Positions 23,581-37,822 of a DNA stretch of 64,000 nucleotides are shown in pieces; positions within the stretch are counted from its first letter, which is position 1, and every line of letters begins with the position of its first letter. The notes beneath the pieces are model-generated. The model made no database searches. It saw nothing but the letters and a program-made list of their open reading frames with translations, and was not told the DNA's origin. This stretch comes from Eledone cirrhosa. Lineage: Eukaryota. A program made the position numbers and the translations under genes. Where the stretch lies: assembly GCA_964016885.1 (NCBI GenBank), contig OZ024740.1, positions 54,064,001-54,128,000 on the forward strand. Direction: 5' to 3'.

Positions 23581-24844
23581 TCTATAAAGCTCAGTGTGTG
23601 GTCATGCTCCTTTCTTATAGAAATCTACGATATAGAATTTCTTCAATTGACATTTACAATTCAGTATTCGAAATAGTTTCGATTGCGTCTTGGCACATCT
23701 CATTTTTTCAATTTCACCCACAATTACGCAAAAAATAGATAGAACTCAATATTTTACGATTTATCTGTCATTTAAACTGCTAAACTCTTTCCACTACCAT
23801 TCAAAATCTATACAACTTCCTACTTTCTGCTACTTTCTCTTTCCAAGCTTGATGGTGATACTGTCCGTATTACTCTGTCATATCATCTGCTCCCTCTATC
23901 TACAACCCACACATTTTGCTACTTTCTCTTTTATACTTCAAATTATTACATTTCATACGAAACGACAATTATTCAAAAGCAACAGATACATTTATTCAAC
24001 AACAAGCGATAAATCTTTTTTAAAACCTCTTATCCAAAGGCATACGAACACACACTCACTTCAACAACAACAACAATCTGCCTTTTATAGATAATGATAA
24101 ACAATAATATCCTCTATGAGGTCACTAAACCTGTTAGAAACAGCAGCTAACTCTCCCCCATAACACACCCCTCCCTACTGTCTTAAATTTAGAAAACATA
24201 TCTTCTATAAGGTCACTAAACCTGCTAGAAACAGCAGCTAACTCTCCCCCATATCACACCACTCCCTACTGTCTTAAATTTAGAAAACACATATCCTCTA
24301 TGAGGTTACTAAACCTGCAGCTAACTCTCCCCCATATCACACCCATCCCTACTGTCTTAAATTTAGAAAACATATCTTCTATGAGGTCACTAAACCTGCT
24401 AGAAACAGCAGTTAACTCTCCTCCATATCACACCACTCCCTACTGTCTTAAATTTAGAAAACACATATCCTCTATGAGGTCACTAAACCTGCTAGAAACA
24501 ACAGCTAACTCTCCCTCATATCACAACCCTCCCTACTGTCTTAAATTTAGAAAACACACAGACAACCTTGCAGAACAACTCCATCGCAGCTCTGTTGTTC
24601 GGCTGGCATCGTCTACGCGCGTGTTGCGCAAGTACTGTGAAACAATAAATTTCAACACTTCTTTGCACAGATATAATATCCATAGGCGAAACTACAATTG
24701 TCACTGCTGGCGCAGCTCCTGCTTCCAGGTCTGCAATTCATTCACCCAGTGCCTGGCAGACAAAAAAGTGCTGCCATAAAATGGGTGGTGCAACCTAACT
24801 TTGGTAACTTAATGACCCCGAGCAACGCCGGGCTTTAATGCTAG
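23581..24844 (+). mobile_element. Non-autonomous Helitron
   Basis: A|TCTATAAAGCT 5' end; subterminal hairpin CCCGAGCAACGCCGGG then CTAG|T; no TSD. Confidence 0.75.
24108..24560. repeat. Minisatellite of ~90-bp units (5 copies) inside the Helitron
   Basis: Unit tatcctctatgaggtcactaaacctgctagaaacagcagctaactctccccc...ccctactgtcttaaatttagaaaaca. Confidence 0.9.
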
Positions 24845-24904
24845 TACATTATAAAACTAACTTGCGTGTGCACAAGTCTACATATTAAAAATATGTATGC
24901 GCAA

Positions 24905-24992
<88 letters not shown>

Positions 24993-24994
24993 AC

Positions 24995-25054
<60 letters not shown>

Positions 25055-25745
25055 GTATGTGTGTGTGTGTGTATACATCATTTATACACTTAGATTTTAT
25101 CTTTCTATACGGCATGTCTCAGAAAAGTTTACACGATTTTTGTGCTTACACGATTCACGTGCTTATGTTAACAGCGCCTCAATATTTATACACCTAACGC
25201 ATAATTGACTAACCACTGTCGTTTTTCTGGTCAATATTATCATGTAATCATATGTATGTAATAAATGGTTGTACAGAAGTACTATATTTTGGTATACTGA
25301 TTTTAGTACCGCTTCTGCTTTGCTGTTGATTTTTATTGCGCTTGGAATTTGCAATTTCTAAATTGGTTTGAACCTTGTCTACGCTATGGAGTTATCTCAT
25401 GTATATAATACACTTGAAACTTCAACCAATATCTTAATTCCTAAAGATATGTAGAGCCAGGGAAATATACCTTGTATGTATGCTGGTATAGACCACCACT
25501 CCACATCCAAATCAATTGAAATATGTAGAATCAAAATTATGTTTTAAGTATAACTTGGTTATTCTTTCTCTATTAATACATTTTCAACTCTGCAGTCCAT
25601 AGCCTAAAAGTCTACAACATAATCTCCATCTGCTGAGAAAATCCTCAGCCGATTTTAAATTACTACTCTCTCAAGGAAACTGTATACCATCGAGCTTCAC
25701 TCGTGACTATCAGGATCTATATTGGAAAACCCAAAAGTTACATAG

Positions 25746-25811
<66 letters not shown>

Positions 25812-25820
<9 letters not shown>

Positions 25821-26113
25821 ACAATGACGATTGGCTACTCCTTCATTACATTTATTGGTAGGTGATGCGCTTTTCAAAAGGATCCGTCGAGCTGCGGATT
25901 ATAGAGTCGGATAAGATCGATCCAGATCGAACCTGGAGCTGATCAGTGGCGAAACGCGCGTCACCTACCAATAAATATAATGAAGGAGTAACCAATCGTC
26001 CTTGTTATCTTTTCAATATAATACACCCTGTATAGCTCTACACCTCGACACAGAAGTGAACCTAAACTTCGAGTGCTCAACCGGGTGAACCTACAGTAAC
26101 TCCAAATTACACT

Positions 26114-26118
<5 letters not shown>
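25812..26118 (+). mobile_element. Family I fold-back PLE pseudo-LTR in (TA)n
   Basis: Arms ~25813-25875 and ~25951-26013; GAAA-CGCGCG-TC followed by AATAAA; one-sided extension to 26118. Confidence 0.7.
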
Positions 26119-26155
<37 letters not shown>

Positions 26156-26179
26156 AGAGAGAGAGAGAGAGAGAGAGAG

Positions 26180-26213
<34 letters not shown>

Positions 26214-26567
26214 AATGAGAGTGGAATAATCCACTATTATTTTGGTAAGTTGCGTCAAGCTCAATGCGTTATTATTGTCGACAGCATTCAGGAATCCAAG
26301 TAAAACATGTACTCCAAAGGGTTACAATACTGGTAGATGAAGGCAACAAAAGCTGCAAAGCATAAATAATGAATACAAAATGAAAACTAAGGTTGTCATT
26401 CAAATTCCATCTTCAATTTCTAGGATTGTTTCTATGGCCATAAATATATCGCCAATCCACAGTATCTGGACTGATTCTGTATACTGGTGGTACATTCATC
26501 TCAATAGAAAGAATTGTAGAAATTAAAGATTGAATTTGAAACACACAATATTGTTTTTCATTTTGGG

Positions 26568-26638
<71 letters not shown>

Positions 26639-26641
<3 letters not shown>

Positions 26642-27249
26642 CAGGTCACCAGTTGGTGCTACTGGTAACATGTATCCCAGTACAACCTCTCTCATGGTCG
26701 GGTCGTTGGCGACTAAACTGGCAACCCCACCAAGGTTTCTTGGTGAGGAGGGTGACTTTGGACATCCTGCAGGACTAAAAACAATACCTGTCAAAAGACA
26801 AAGGAGCTATTAAAAGTCAATGGCCATCCCATATCACCGGGAGAGATGACCTTTTAACCTTTGTCAAGGCAGAATTCTAGGATAAGGAAAACTCTGATAT
26901 AACACCTGCAACCCTGATCGTATCCAATGATGTTGACTTGTTCTTCTTTTTGGTAAATATCATCTTGGTTAAGAGAGTGGGACTGGCTTTGTGCAGTGCC
27001 TTTGCTCACTATAAAAGCTTCACGGCACAGGCATTGCTTTATATCTGGAGATCTCTCTGCATTTGTCGTCACATGGTACCATGCGCCCAGCACTATGTGT
27101 AAATAATTGTCACAAGTGTTGTGTTTGTACGAGAATTTTCAAGTCCCTGGCTGGACTAAAAAAGTCACACTCGTTCAGCGCTTCGGTAGGAGTTCTCCTT
27201 CATGGATATAAAGTAGTGGCCGTACTCGAAAACGAGTTGGCAGCCACCA
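26639..27249 (+). mobile_element. Internally deleted RTE-like element (5' UTR joined to the 3' end)
   Basis: 5' part matches 5680-5858; 3' part encodes a C2H2-like CCVCTRIFKSLAGLKK(S)H as in RTE C-termini; ends at (TA)n. Confidence 0.55.
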
Positions 27250-27257
27250 TATATATA

Positions 27258-27294
<37 letters not shown>

Positions 27295-27479
27295 ATAATA
27301 ATAAATTTGAAGACTAAAATCTAAGGAGTTTCAGAAGATTCCGTTAAGGGTGAAAGCAGCGATTCTTTGCTTAAACTTTAATCTGTTATTTAAATAAATA
27401 TATATATATATATATATAAAATATTAAAAAAATAATGAATAAAACAATGAAACAGTTCCTTATATTAAACAAAAAAAGT

Positions 27480-27631
27480 TCATTATTTAACGATCGTTTC
27501 TAGGATATATATGTGTTAGAATTGGCATGTATATTCAACAGATCTATGTACAAAATTATACAAAATTATACAAACTATCAAAATTAAATATACATACCAA
27601 CACATATATATGCCGTCTTCAGAAATAATGA
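27480..27631 (-). ncRNA. Type I hammerhead with a very long stem II
   Basis: Reverse complement: TCATTATTT-CTGAAGA-~115-nt hairpin-GAAA-CGATCG-TT-AAATAATGA; 9-bp perfect stem I, palindromic stem III. Confidence 0.75.
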
Positions 27632-28234
27632 AATATATTTATTGATAATAACAACAATTCAAAATTACAGGTCTGTTTGGGAACAGAGTTCAAATTGACC
27701 AATGAAAACACAAAAAGTTTATACAGTTAGGTGTGTGTATATATGTAAGTAACTTCGTTCACAGATATGCATAAAAAATATATGTTCACATGCATACGCA
27801 TGCCGAAAAGATGTATGTAAATACAAAAATTCAGGGCTAATGTCTCTGTATGTTTATAATCTACAGATAAAATACATATACGCATATAAACATATAAATA
27901 TAAAAATAAATATATACACATTCATATACTCACACATATACATACATTCACACACACACGCGCGTATACGCAAAAACATACACGCAACCACGAACATACA
28001 TACACCCCCCCCCCCACACACACACATATATGTATATATACTATTATCATAAGCATATGGACATTAATGCGCGCACATAAACACTGCCACACATATTTAG
28101 ATCCAGATACAGAAAGTAGGTGGGGGGGGGGGGGAAGAGGTCAGTATTTACTGGTGTCAGCAAACTGCCTATTTATAAATGTATCTATAAATTTAGAAAT
28201 AAAAAGAAAAAGAAAAAAGAAAAATATTAAGAAA

Positions 28235-28267
<33 letters not shown>

Positions 28268-28302
28268 TATATAAACAAGTAAAATATAAAATATACATCG
28301 AT

Positions 28303-28347
<45 letters not shown>

Positions 28348-28534
28348 CATACACATATACATAAACACATACATACACATACATATACATACACACACCA
28401 TATATATACACACATACACATACACACACGCATACATATAGAGACATACATATACACATATAAATACATAGACATATACATATATACACACACATATATA
28501 TATATACACACATACATATATACATACATTCACA

Positions 28535-28587
<53 letters not shown>

Positions 28588-28641
28588 TCTATAGACATAT
28601 ATAAACACACTCATGTATATACACATATACACATACATACC

Positions 28642-28700
<59 letters not shown>

Positions 28701-28833
28701 ACACACAGATATACACATACACATATACAAAGATATATATATACATATACACACACATATATAATAAATATATATATATATATATATATACATATAATAT
28801 AAGATCAAAAGATGGTTAAAGGAGTTCCATGTA

Positions 28834-28900
28834 TTTTATTATGCGCATTTCAAAAACAAACATCATCAAGCAATAATATTTGTGTTTTCATCAGATAAAA
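28834..28900 (-). ncRNA. Type I hammerhead in the Naiad pLTR
   Basis: Reverse complement: ttttat-CTGATGA-stem II-GAAA-TGCGCA-TA-ataaaa. Confidence 0.8.
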
Positions 28901-29901
28901 CATGATATGAAGGCTAAAAAACACTTGTGGAGAGTGCAGCTTTAAATCAACATATGAAAAGTGGTTTTAGATTGATGTGTGATATTGGGAAAAATATTTT
29001 ATTTAGAGAGGGGGGGGGAGAGGATGAAAAGGGAAGGAGATGAGAGGGAGAGATGGGTGATAGAGAGAAAGAGATAGTTTTTATAACTGAGAGGAGATAT
29101 ATTTTTTACATAGAGGGGTTGAAAACCGTTGGAAGATACTGTATAAATTAAAAATTTTGAAAATTAACGAAGGGATGATATGTGCGAGGAAAAAAAAAAA
29201 AAATTTTATTTAGGGAGGGGGGGGGGGAACGGATAAAAAAAGGGGGGAGGAGATGAGAGTGAAGGTGGAGAGGGAGAGATGGATGATAGAGAGAAAGAGA
29301 TAGTTTTTATAACTGAGAAAAAGATATATTGTTTTAATATAGAGAGGTTGGGAACCGTTGGAAGATAATGTATAAATTAAAGGAATTTGAAAATAAACGA
29401 AGGGAAATTATGTATGAAGATAGAGAGAAAAAAATAATAATTGTGGGTGAATATTCTAACGTCAAAAGAAGAAATGTATGCATTGTGGCAATTTCAAAAT
29501 TAGCGAAGAGAAAAATTGTTAAGGTTTGTGTGTAGAAGGATTTGAGAAAAATAATGTGAAGTTAAAGTTTGTATATTGAATATAATATGAGCGAATAAAG
29601 AGTTAATATGTATTAATAATGAGTTCGTTGATGGGGAGAAAAAAATAATAATAAATTAAGGATGAAATTGAGATTAAAAAGATTTATGATAGAGAGAAAA
29701 AATAATAATGATTGCGGATGAATATTCAAAATGTCAAAAACAAATGTTATTATTTTACGAGAAGATAGAATGAGGGTAATGAGTAAACGAGTATTATAGA
29801 GTGTATAATGCCCTTTAAAGTAAGGTAGATGGGTATATTTTAAAGAGGTGTATGTATATGTGCCTTTGAGAAAAGATTCTAAATTGATAAAGAATTGAAT
29901 A

Positions 29902-32299
29902 TTAACTGTATACTTTGTGAAAAGTTCTATGGAATTTATGCAGGCAGATAGAAAACAAATCTGAGCGTCTATTTATTATAGAATCTAGGTTAGAGATAAT
30001 GGTAAATTTTTCATTTAGGCAGAGATTACAGATTTTAGATAGAGAGCTGTTTAAGTATGAGGATGCAGAAGAAATCTTCTTCCAAAAGATGGTATATTTA
30101 ATGTTTTTGTCTTTTAAGGACCATATGAGTTCTGAGAGAGCAGTGTTAGTTCTTTTAAGTTTGTATTTGAAAGATGAATGATGATTATAGAGACGAGCTT
30201 TAAAAGAGGTGGAAGTGGAGCCAAAATAGGTGAAGGAATTGGTGCTAGTTATAATTTTACATTCATAAATTAAGTTTTTATCGAGGCAATGGTTGTTGAG
30301 AGGACATTTATTTTTAATGCGGCAGTTGCAATTAGAGAGATTATTAATGAGTGATCTAGTGTTATCTATAGAAGGAATTGGATTGGAGAAGTTGTTTGCG
30401 ATAGGAATAATAGGAATAATAGTTTCTTGATTTAGAGTTGGATTATGAACATTTAGCGAAGTTGTGTTTGACGTTGTATTTGGGTTTACAGAAGTTAGCC
30501 TAGGGTTTACAATGACGTCGGGAGTACTATTACTGTTATTATGAAATTCAATATTGGAAGGAAGAGATTTAGTATTTAATATTTTGTTGTTGTGTTTAGA
30601 GATGATGTTGGAAATATTGGAGGATGTAGAATACGAAAATTTGATGGTGTGTTTGTTAAATATTTTACTATAGATATGTGAGGGAGGGAAGCATTTATTT
30701 AAGGCACTAAAAAATAATTTAGGAATATTGTTATTAATAGAGATGGAGAAAGGAGCATTATACCAGATTATGTTTTTGTATCTAGGTCTTTTATTAAAAT
30801 TATTGGAATGGTCATGATTAATTATTCTACTGTAAGTTTTCCTAGAATTTGTTTCTTTATTATATTTGATTTTATCTGGATAGCCGGCTTTAGAAAGTGC
30901 GTTATTATAGTAATTGGCGTTAGCATCAAAGATGTTTTTATTAGAAGATATGTTAGATATTCTATTTCCAATATTATTAACTATAGCATTCTTGATATTG
31001 GTAGGATGGTTAGATTTAAAGTTAACATAATTAAGGTTCTCATTGTTTTTATGGTAAGGGTAATATAGGCCAGTGTCAAGATTAAGAGATACATCCAAGA
31101 AATTAGCTAGTTTGATACTATTATCAAATTCAATTTTTAGGTTATGTTGGTTAAAGAGATTACGTATATTGTTCTTAATAATATTAAGTTTAACTATATT
31201 GCAATTTAGGATAGTAAAGAGTCCATCGTCACGATAAATTCCACCGCGAAGTTGAGGAATTTTCCGACCCAAAGAGTTCAAAATGAAGATACCAATTAAA
31301 TCAGTCAATTGGGATGAATCGGATGCTCCCATTGTGATGTCGAAGTTGTTAGAGGTATCGGCTCTGGTCCAATATTCGTTGTTGAACTCTAGGATGGTTT
31401 TACGTGCGGTGAGGATGATGTGAAGTTCATCTGTGGTGATGTCAGAATATTTAAGTGCGAAAGATAGAGCATTATTGAGAAGTGAAGGCGAAATGGAGGA
31501 ATAGTAGCTGGCAATATCAAATTGAATAAATTTTAGTTTGTTTTTATTATCCAATTTGTTGAACCAGCCAATTACTTCAGAGGTACCAAACCATAAATTT
31601 AGGTTTAAAGAAGAGCAATTAGAACTGACCTGTGGGATAATCCTATCCAAGATGGCTTTACTAACAACCCCCAGATCAGATTTAGAGGGGGCGATTAATC
31701 TAACAGGTAGTTCAGTGCGAAAATTGTTTTTGTGATCCTTGAGATTTATCCTCGGAGTTCTTGGGAGGAATGGTCTTTTTTTCAATGCCAAGTTTTGACA
31801 TAATCTCATAGGCTTCAAGGTTTATGCATTCTAAATTTTCATGGTTGGTTTTACGATACTTTTTCCTAAGTTCCTTTAGGATAAGGTTGTTATAATTATC
31901 CTTGGAAATACCATATAGGTTATTGGTTTTGTCAGAGTGGACTAAAACATTTTTTGAGGAATTTAGGTTAGAGATTGTGTTCTTGAGATTTACAAGGTGC
32001 TCTTGTCCTTTGTAAGGGTATCTCTTGAATTTAAGATTTTTTATTATTTTAGTTAATTCTTCCTCGAATTGTACTAGATTTTAGTTGGAAGGAGGATTTC
32101 GTCTAGAATTAAAAAGATGATCGAGGAAGTTGTGTTCTTTGGTATGAAAGTTCCCTTTTAGGCGCTGGTCATAGAAATAGGCTGTCCATCTAAGTCTTCT
32201 TACGAAGGAGTCAGTTTTTTCAATAAGAAGTTTGGTGAATTCAGATTTACCAGGTATAGGAATGTCTTTAGTTGAATTGGTTATGTTGTAATAATCCAT
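29902..32299 (-). pseudogene. PLE RT plus C-terminal GIY-YIG endonuclease (Naiad-like), disrupted
   Basis: KDHKNNF, FIQFDI, FDITMG, GIYRDDGL, NFLDV, CNCR..CPL...CL..NLIY, TYFGST...FKARLYNH, CNLCLNEK; TAA at 32081-32083 and a 5-bp deletion near 31771. Confidence 0.9.
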
Positions 32300-32505
32300 G
32301 TTGTAGAAGAAGAGGTGAAGGACCATCAAAAGGTATCCAATATGAGAGTAAGCGCTCAACCGTTAAGGAGCAAGTTAATGTAGGAGGTGAGTTTTATTGT
32401 AGTACAATAAAGCAATGCAGATATCGGATAAGAAGCACCCTACAGTTTGTGGGACTGGAGTATGCATAATATAAGATCAAAAGATGGTTAAAGGAGTTCC
32501 ATATA

Positions 32506-32572
32506 TTTTATTATGCGCATTTCAAAAACAAACATCATCAAGCAATAATATTTGTGTTTTCATCAGATAAAA
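32506..32572 (-). ncRNA. Type I hammerhead in the Naiad pLTR
   Basis: Same motif as 28834-28900, core intact. Confidence 0.8.
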
Positions 32573-33568
32573 CAGGAGAACATGATATGAAGGCTAAAAA
32601 ACACTTGTGGATAGTGCAGCTTTAAATCAACATATGAAAAGTGGTTTTAGATTGATGTGTGATATTGGGAAAAATATTTTATTTAGAGAGGGGGGGGAAG
32701 GATGAAAAGGGAAGGAGATGAGAGGGAGAGATGGGTGATAGAGAGAAAGAGATAGTTTTTATAACTGAGAGGAGATATATTTTTTACATAGAGGGGTTGA
32801 AAACCGTTGGAAGATACTGTATAAATTAAACATTTTGAAGTTAAAGTTTGTATATACAAAAATAATGTGAAGTTAAAGTTTGTATATACAAACTTTAACT
32901 TCACATTATTTTTCTCAAATCCTTCTACACAAACCTTAACAATTTTTCTCTTCGCTAATTTTGAAATTGCCACAATGCATACATTTCTTCTTTTGACGTT
33001 AGAATATTCACCCACAATTATTATTTTTTTCTCTCTATCTTCATACATAATTTCCCTTCGTTAATTTTCAAATTCCTTTAATTTATACATTATCTTCCAA
33101 CGGTTCCCAACCTCTCTATATTAAAACAATATATCTTTTTCTCAGTTATAAAAACTATCTCTTTCTCTCTATCACCCAACTCTCCCTCTCCACCTTCACT
33201 CTCATCTCCTCCCCCTTTTTTTCATCCCCCCCCCTCCCTAAATAAAATTTTATTTATTTTTTTTTTTTTTTTCCTCGCACATATCCTCCCTTCGTTAATT
33301 TTCAAAATTTTTAATTTATACAGTATCTTCCAACGGTTTTCAACCCCTCTATGTAAAAAATATATCTCCTCTCAGTTATAAAAACTATCTCTTTCTCTCT
33401 ATCACCCATCTCTCCCTCTCATCTCCTTCCCTTTTCATCCTCCCCCCCCCCTCTCTAAATAAAATATTTTTCCCAATATCACACATCAATCTAAAACCAC
33501 TTTTCATATGTTGATTTAAAGCTGCACTATCCACAAGTGTTTTTTAGCCTTCATATCATGTTCTCCTG

Positions 33569-33635
33569 TTTTATCTGATGAAAACACAAATATTATTGCT
33601 TGATGATTTTTGTTTTTGAAATGCGCATAATAAAA
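33569..33635 (+). ncRNA. Type I hammerhead in the Naiad pLTR
   Basis: ttttat-CTGATGA(33575)-stem II-GAAA(33618)-TGCGCA-TA-ataaaa; predicted cut after 33629. Confidence 0.8.
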
Positions 33636-33841
33636 TATATGGAACTCCTTTAACCATCTTTTGATCTTATATTATGCATACTCCAGTCCCACAAACTGTA
33701 GGGTGCTTCTTATCCGATATCTGCATTGCTTTATTGTACTACAATAAAACTCACCTCCTACATTAACTTGCTCCTTAACGGTTGAGCGCTTACTCTCATA
33801 TTGGATACCTTTTGATGGTCGTTCACCACTTCTTCTACAAC

Positions 33842-36245
33842 ATGGATTATTACAACATAACCAATTCAACTAAAGACATTCCTATACCTGGTAAATCTGA
33901 ATTCACCAAACTTCTTATTGAAAAAACTGACTCCTTCGTAAGAAGACTTAGATGGACAGCCTATTTCTATGACCAGCGCCTAAAAGGGAACTTTCATACC
34001 AAAGAACACAACTTCCTCGATCATCTTTTTAATTCTAGACGAAATCCTCCTTCCAACTAAAATCTAGTACAATTCGAGGAAGAATTAACTAAAATAATAA
34101 AAAATCTTAAATTCAAGAGATACCCTTACAAAGGACAAGAGCACCTTGTAAATCTCAAGAACACAATCTCTAACCTAAATTCCTCAAAAAATGTTTTAGT
34201 CCACTCTGACAAAACCAATAACCTATATGGTATTTCCAAGGATAATTATAACAACCTTATCCTAAAGGAACTTAGGAAAAAGTATCGTAAAACCAACCAT
34301 GAAAATTTAGAATGCATAAACCTTGAAGCCTATGAGATTATGTCAAAACTTGGCATTGAAAAAAAGACCGAACCATTCCTCCCAAGAACTCCGAGGATAA
34401 ATCCCAAGGATCACAAAAACAATTTTCGCACTGAACTACCTGTTAGATTAATCGCCCCCTCTAAATCTGATCTGGGGGTTGTTAGTAAAGCCATCTTGGA
34501 TAGGATTATCCCACAGGTCAGTTCTAATTGCTCTTCTTTAAACCTAAATTTATGGTTTGGTACCTCTGAAGTGATTGGCTGGTTCAACAAATTGGATAAT
34601 AAAAACAAACTAAAATTTATTCAATTTGATATTGCCAGCTACTATTCCTCCATTTCGCCTTCACTTCTCAATAATGCTCTATCTTTCGCACTTAAATATT
34701 CTGACATCACCACAGATGAACTTCACATCATCCTCACCGCACGTAAAACCATCCTAGAGTTCAACAACGAATATTGGACCAGAGCCGATACCTCTAACAA
34801 CTTCGACATCACAATGGGAGCATCCGATTCATCCCAATTGACTGATTTAATAGGTATCTTCATTTTTGAACTCTTTGAGTCGGAAAATTCCTCAACTTCG
34901 CGGTGGAATTTAACGTGACGATGGACTCTTTACTATCCTAAATTACAATATAGTTAAACTTAATATTATTAAGAACAATATACGTAATCTCTTTAACCAA
35001 CATAACCTAAAAATTGAATTTGATAATAGTATCAAACTAGCTAATTTCTTGGATGTATCTCTTAATCTTGACACTGGCCTATATTACCCTTACCATAAAA
35101 ACAATGAGAACCTTAATTATGTTAACTTTAAATCTAACCATCCTACCAATATCAAGAATGCTATAGTTAATAATATTGGAAATAGAATATCTAACATATC
35201 TTCTAATAAAAACATCTTTGATGCTAACGCCAATTACTATAATAACGCACTTTCTAAAGCCGGCTATCCAGATAAAATCAAATATAATAAAGAAACAAAT
35301 TCTAGGAAAACTTACAGTAGAATAATTAATCATGACCATTCCAATAATTTTAATAAAAGACCTAGATACAAAAACATAATCTGGTATAATGCTCCTTTCT
35401 CCATCTCTATTAATAACAATATTCCTAAATTATTTTTTAGTGCCTTAAATAAATGCTTCCCTCCCTCACATATCTATAGTAAAATATTTAACAAACACAC
35501 CATCAAATTTTCGTATTCTACATCCTCCAATATTTCCAACATCATCTCTAAACACAACAACAAAATATTAAATACTAAATCTCTTCCTTCCAATATTGAA
35601 TTTCATAATAACAGTAATAGTACTCCCGACGTCATTGTAAACCCTAGGCTAACTTCTGTAAACCCAAATACAACGTCAAACACAACTTCGCTAAATGTTC
35701 ATAATCCAACTCTAAATCAAGAAACTATTATTCCTATTATTCCTATCGCAAACAACTTCTCCAATCCAATTCCTTCTATAGATAACACTAGATCACTCAT
35801 TAATAATCTCTCTAATTGCAACTGCCGCATTAAAAATAAATGTCCTCTCAACAACCATTGCCTCGATAAAAACTTAATTTATGAATGTAAAATTATAACT
35901 AGCACCAATTCCTTCACCTATTTTGGCTCCACTTCCACCTCTTTTAAAGCTCGTCTCTATAATCATCATTCATCTTTCAAATACAAACTTAAAAGAACTA
36001 ACACTGCTCTCTCAGAACTCATATGGTCCTTAAAAGACAAAAACATTAAATATACCATCTTTTGGAAGAAGATTTCTTCTGCATCCTCATACTTAAACAG
36101 CTCTCTATCTAAAATCTGTAATCTCTGCCTAAATGAAAAATTTACCATTATCTCTAACCTAGATTCTATAATAAATAGACGCTCAGATTTGTTTTCTATC
36201 TGCCTGCATAAATTCCATAGAACTTTTCACAAAGTATACAGTTAA
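33842..36245 (+). pseudogene. PLE RT plus GIY-YIG (Naiad-like), disrupted
   Basis: Track ORFs 33782-34060, 34340-34918 and 35049-36245 are pieces of one gene; TAA at 34058-34060, +1 T near 34865, TAT>TAA at the Y of YRDD (~34911). Confidence 0.9.
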
Positions 36246-37241
36246 TATTCAATTCTTTATCAATTTAGAATCTTTTCTCAAAGGCACATATACATACACC
36301 TCTTTAAAATATACCCATCTACCTTACTTTAAAGGGCATTATACACTCTATAATACTCGTTTACTCATTACCCTCATTCTATCTTCTCGTAAAATAATAA
36401 CATTTGTTTTTGACATTTTGAATATTCATCCGCAATCATTATTATTTTTTCTCTCTATCATAAATCTTTTTAATCTCAATTTCATCCTTAATTTATTATT
36501 ATTTTTTTCTCCCCATCAACGAACTCATTATTAATACATATTAACTCTTTATTCGCTCATATTATATTCAATATACAAACTTTAACTTCACATTATTTTT
36601 CTCAAATCCTTCTACACACAAACCTTAACAATTTTTCTCTTCGCTAATTTTGAAATTGCCACAATGCATACATTTCTTCTTTTGACGTTAGAATATTCAC
36701 CCACAATTATTATTTTTTTCTCTCTATCTTCATACATAATTTCCCTTCGTTTATTTTCAAATTCCTTTAATTTATACATTATCTTCCAACGGTTCCCAAC
36801 CTCTCTATATTAAAACAATATATCTTTTTCTCAGTTATAAAAACTATCTCTTTCTCTCTATCACCCATCTCTCCCTCTCCACCTTCACTCTCATCTCCTC
36901 CCCCTTTTTTTCATCCTTTCCACCCCCCCCCCTAAATAAAATTTTTTTTTTTTCTTCGCACATATCCTCCCTTCGTTAATTTTCAAAATTTTTAATTTAT
37001 ACAGTATCTTCCAACGGTTTTCAACCCCTCTATGTAAAAAATATATCTCCTCTCAATTATAAAAACTATCTCTTTCTCTCTATCACCCATCTCTCCCTCT
37101 CATCTCCTTCCCTTTTCATCCTTCCCCCCCCCTCTCTAAATAAAATATTTTTCCCAATATCACACATCAATCTAAAACCACTTTTCATATGTTGATTTAA
37201 AGCTGCACTATCCACAAGTGTTTTTTAGCCTTCCTATCATG

Positions 37242-37308
37242 TTTTATCTGATGAAAACACAAATATTATTGCTTGATGATGTTTGTTTTTCAAATGCGCA
37301 TAATAAAA
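37242..37308 (+). ncRNA. Hammerhead copy with a GAAA>CAAA core mutation (predicted inactive)
   Basis: Same motif as 33569-33635 but C at 37291. Confidence 0.6.
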
Positions 37309-37431
37309 TATATGGAACTCCTTTAACCATCTTTTGATCTTATATTATGCATACTCCAGTCCCACAAACTGTAGAGTGCTTCTTATCCGATATCTGCATT
37401 GCTTTATTGTACTACAATAAAACTCACCTCC

Positions 37432-37483
<52 letters not shown>

Positions 37484-37781
37484 TATATACACATATATAT
37501 ATACATACATATACATACATACTCATACATAGACATATATATATACACACACACATACACACATACATATACGCATATATACACATACATACACATCCAT
37601 GTATGCGTATACACATACAAACACAACCACACGCTCACACAACTCAGACATACATAAATAAAGGGATATACATACACATATATACATATATAAATAGAGA
37701 TATATATACACATATAAATATATACACACATACACACACACTCACATATACATACACATACATACATACATACATATACAT

Positions 37782-37822
<41 letters not shown>

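Larger units (their letters stand above)
28795..32885 (-). mobile_element. Naiad-type PLE, left copy (pLTR-ORF-pLTR)
   Basis: Reverse complement of the right copy; direct pLTR repeats at 28795-29160 and 32467-32838. Confidence 0.9.
32886..37435 (+). mobile_element. Naiad-type PLE, right copy (pLTR-ORF-pLTR)
   Basis: Direct repeats 32886-33762 and ~36573-37435; ends ...aaactcacctcctaca|(TA)n. Confidence 0.9.

Noticed and set aside
24108-24560. CRISPR-like regular repeat
   Set aside because: Whole units repeat with no unique spacers, no cas genes, eukaryotic context.
34058-34060. Selenocysteine recoding of the shared Naiad stop
   Set aside because: The codon is TAA, not TGA, it is not at an evident Cys position, and I saw no SECIS.
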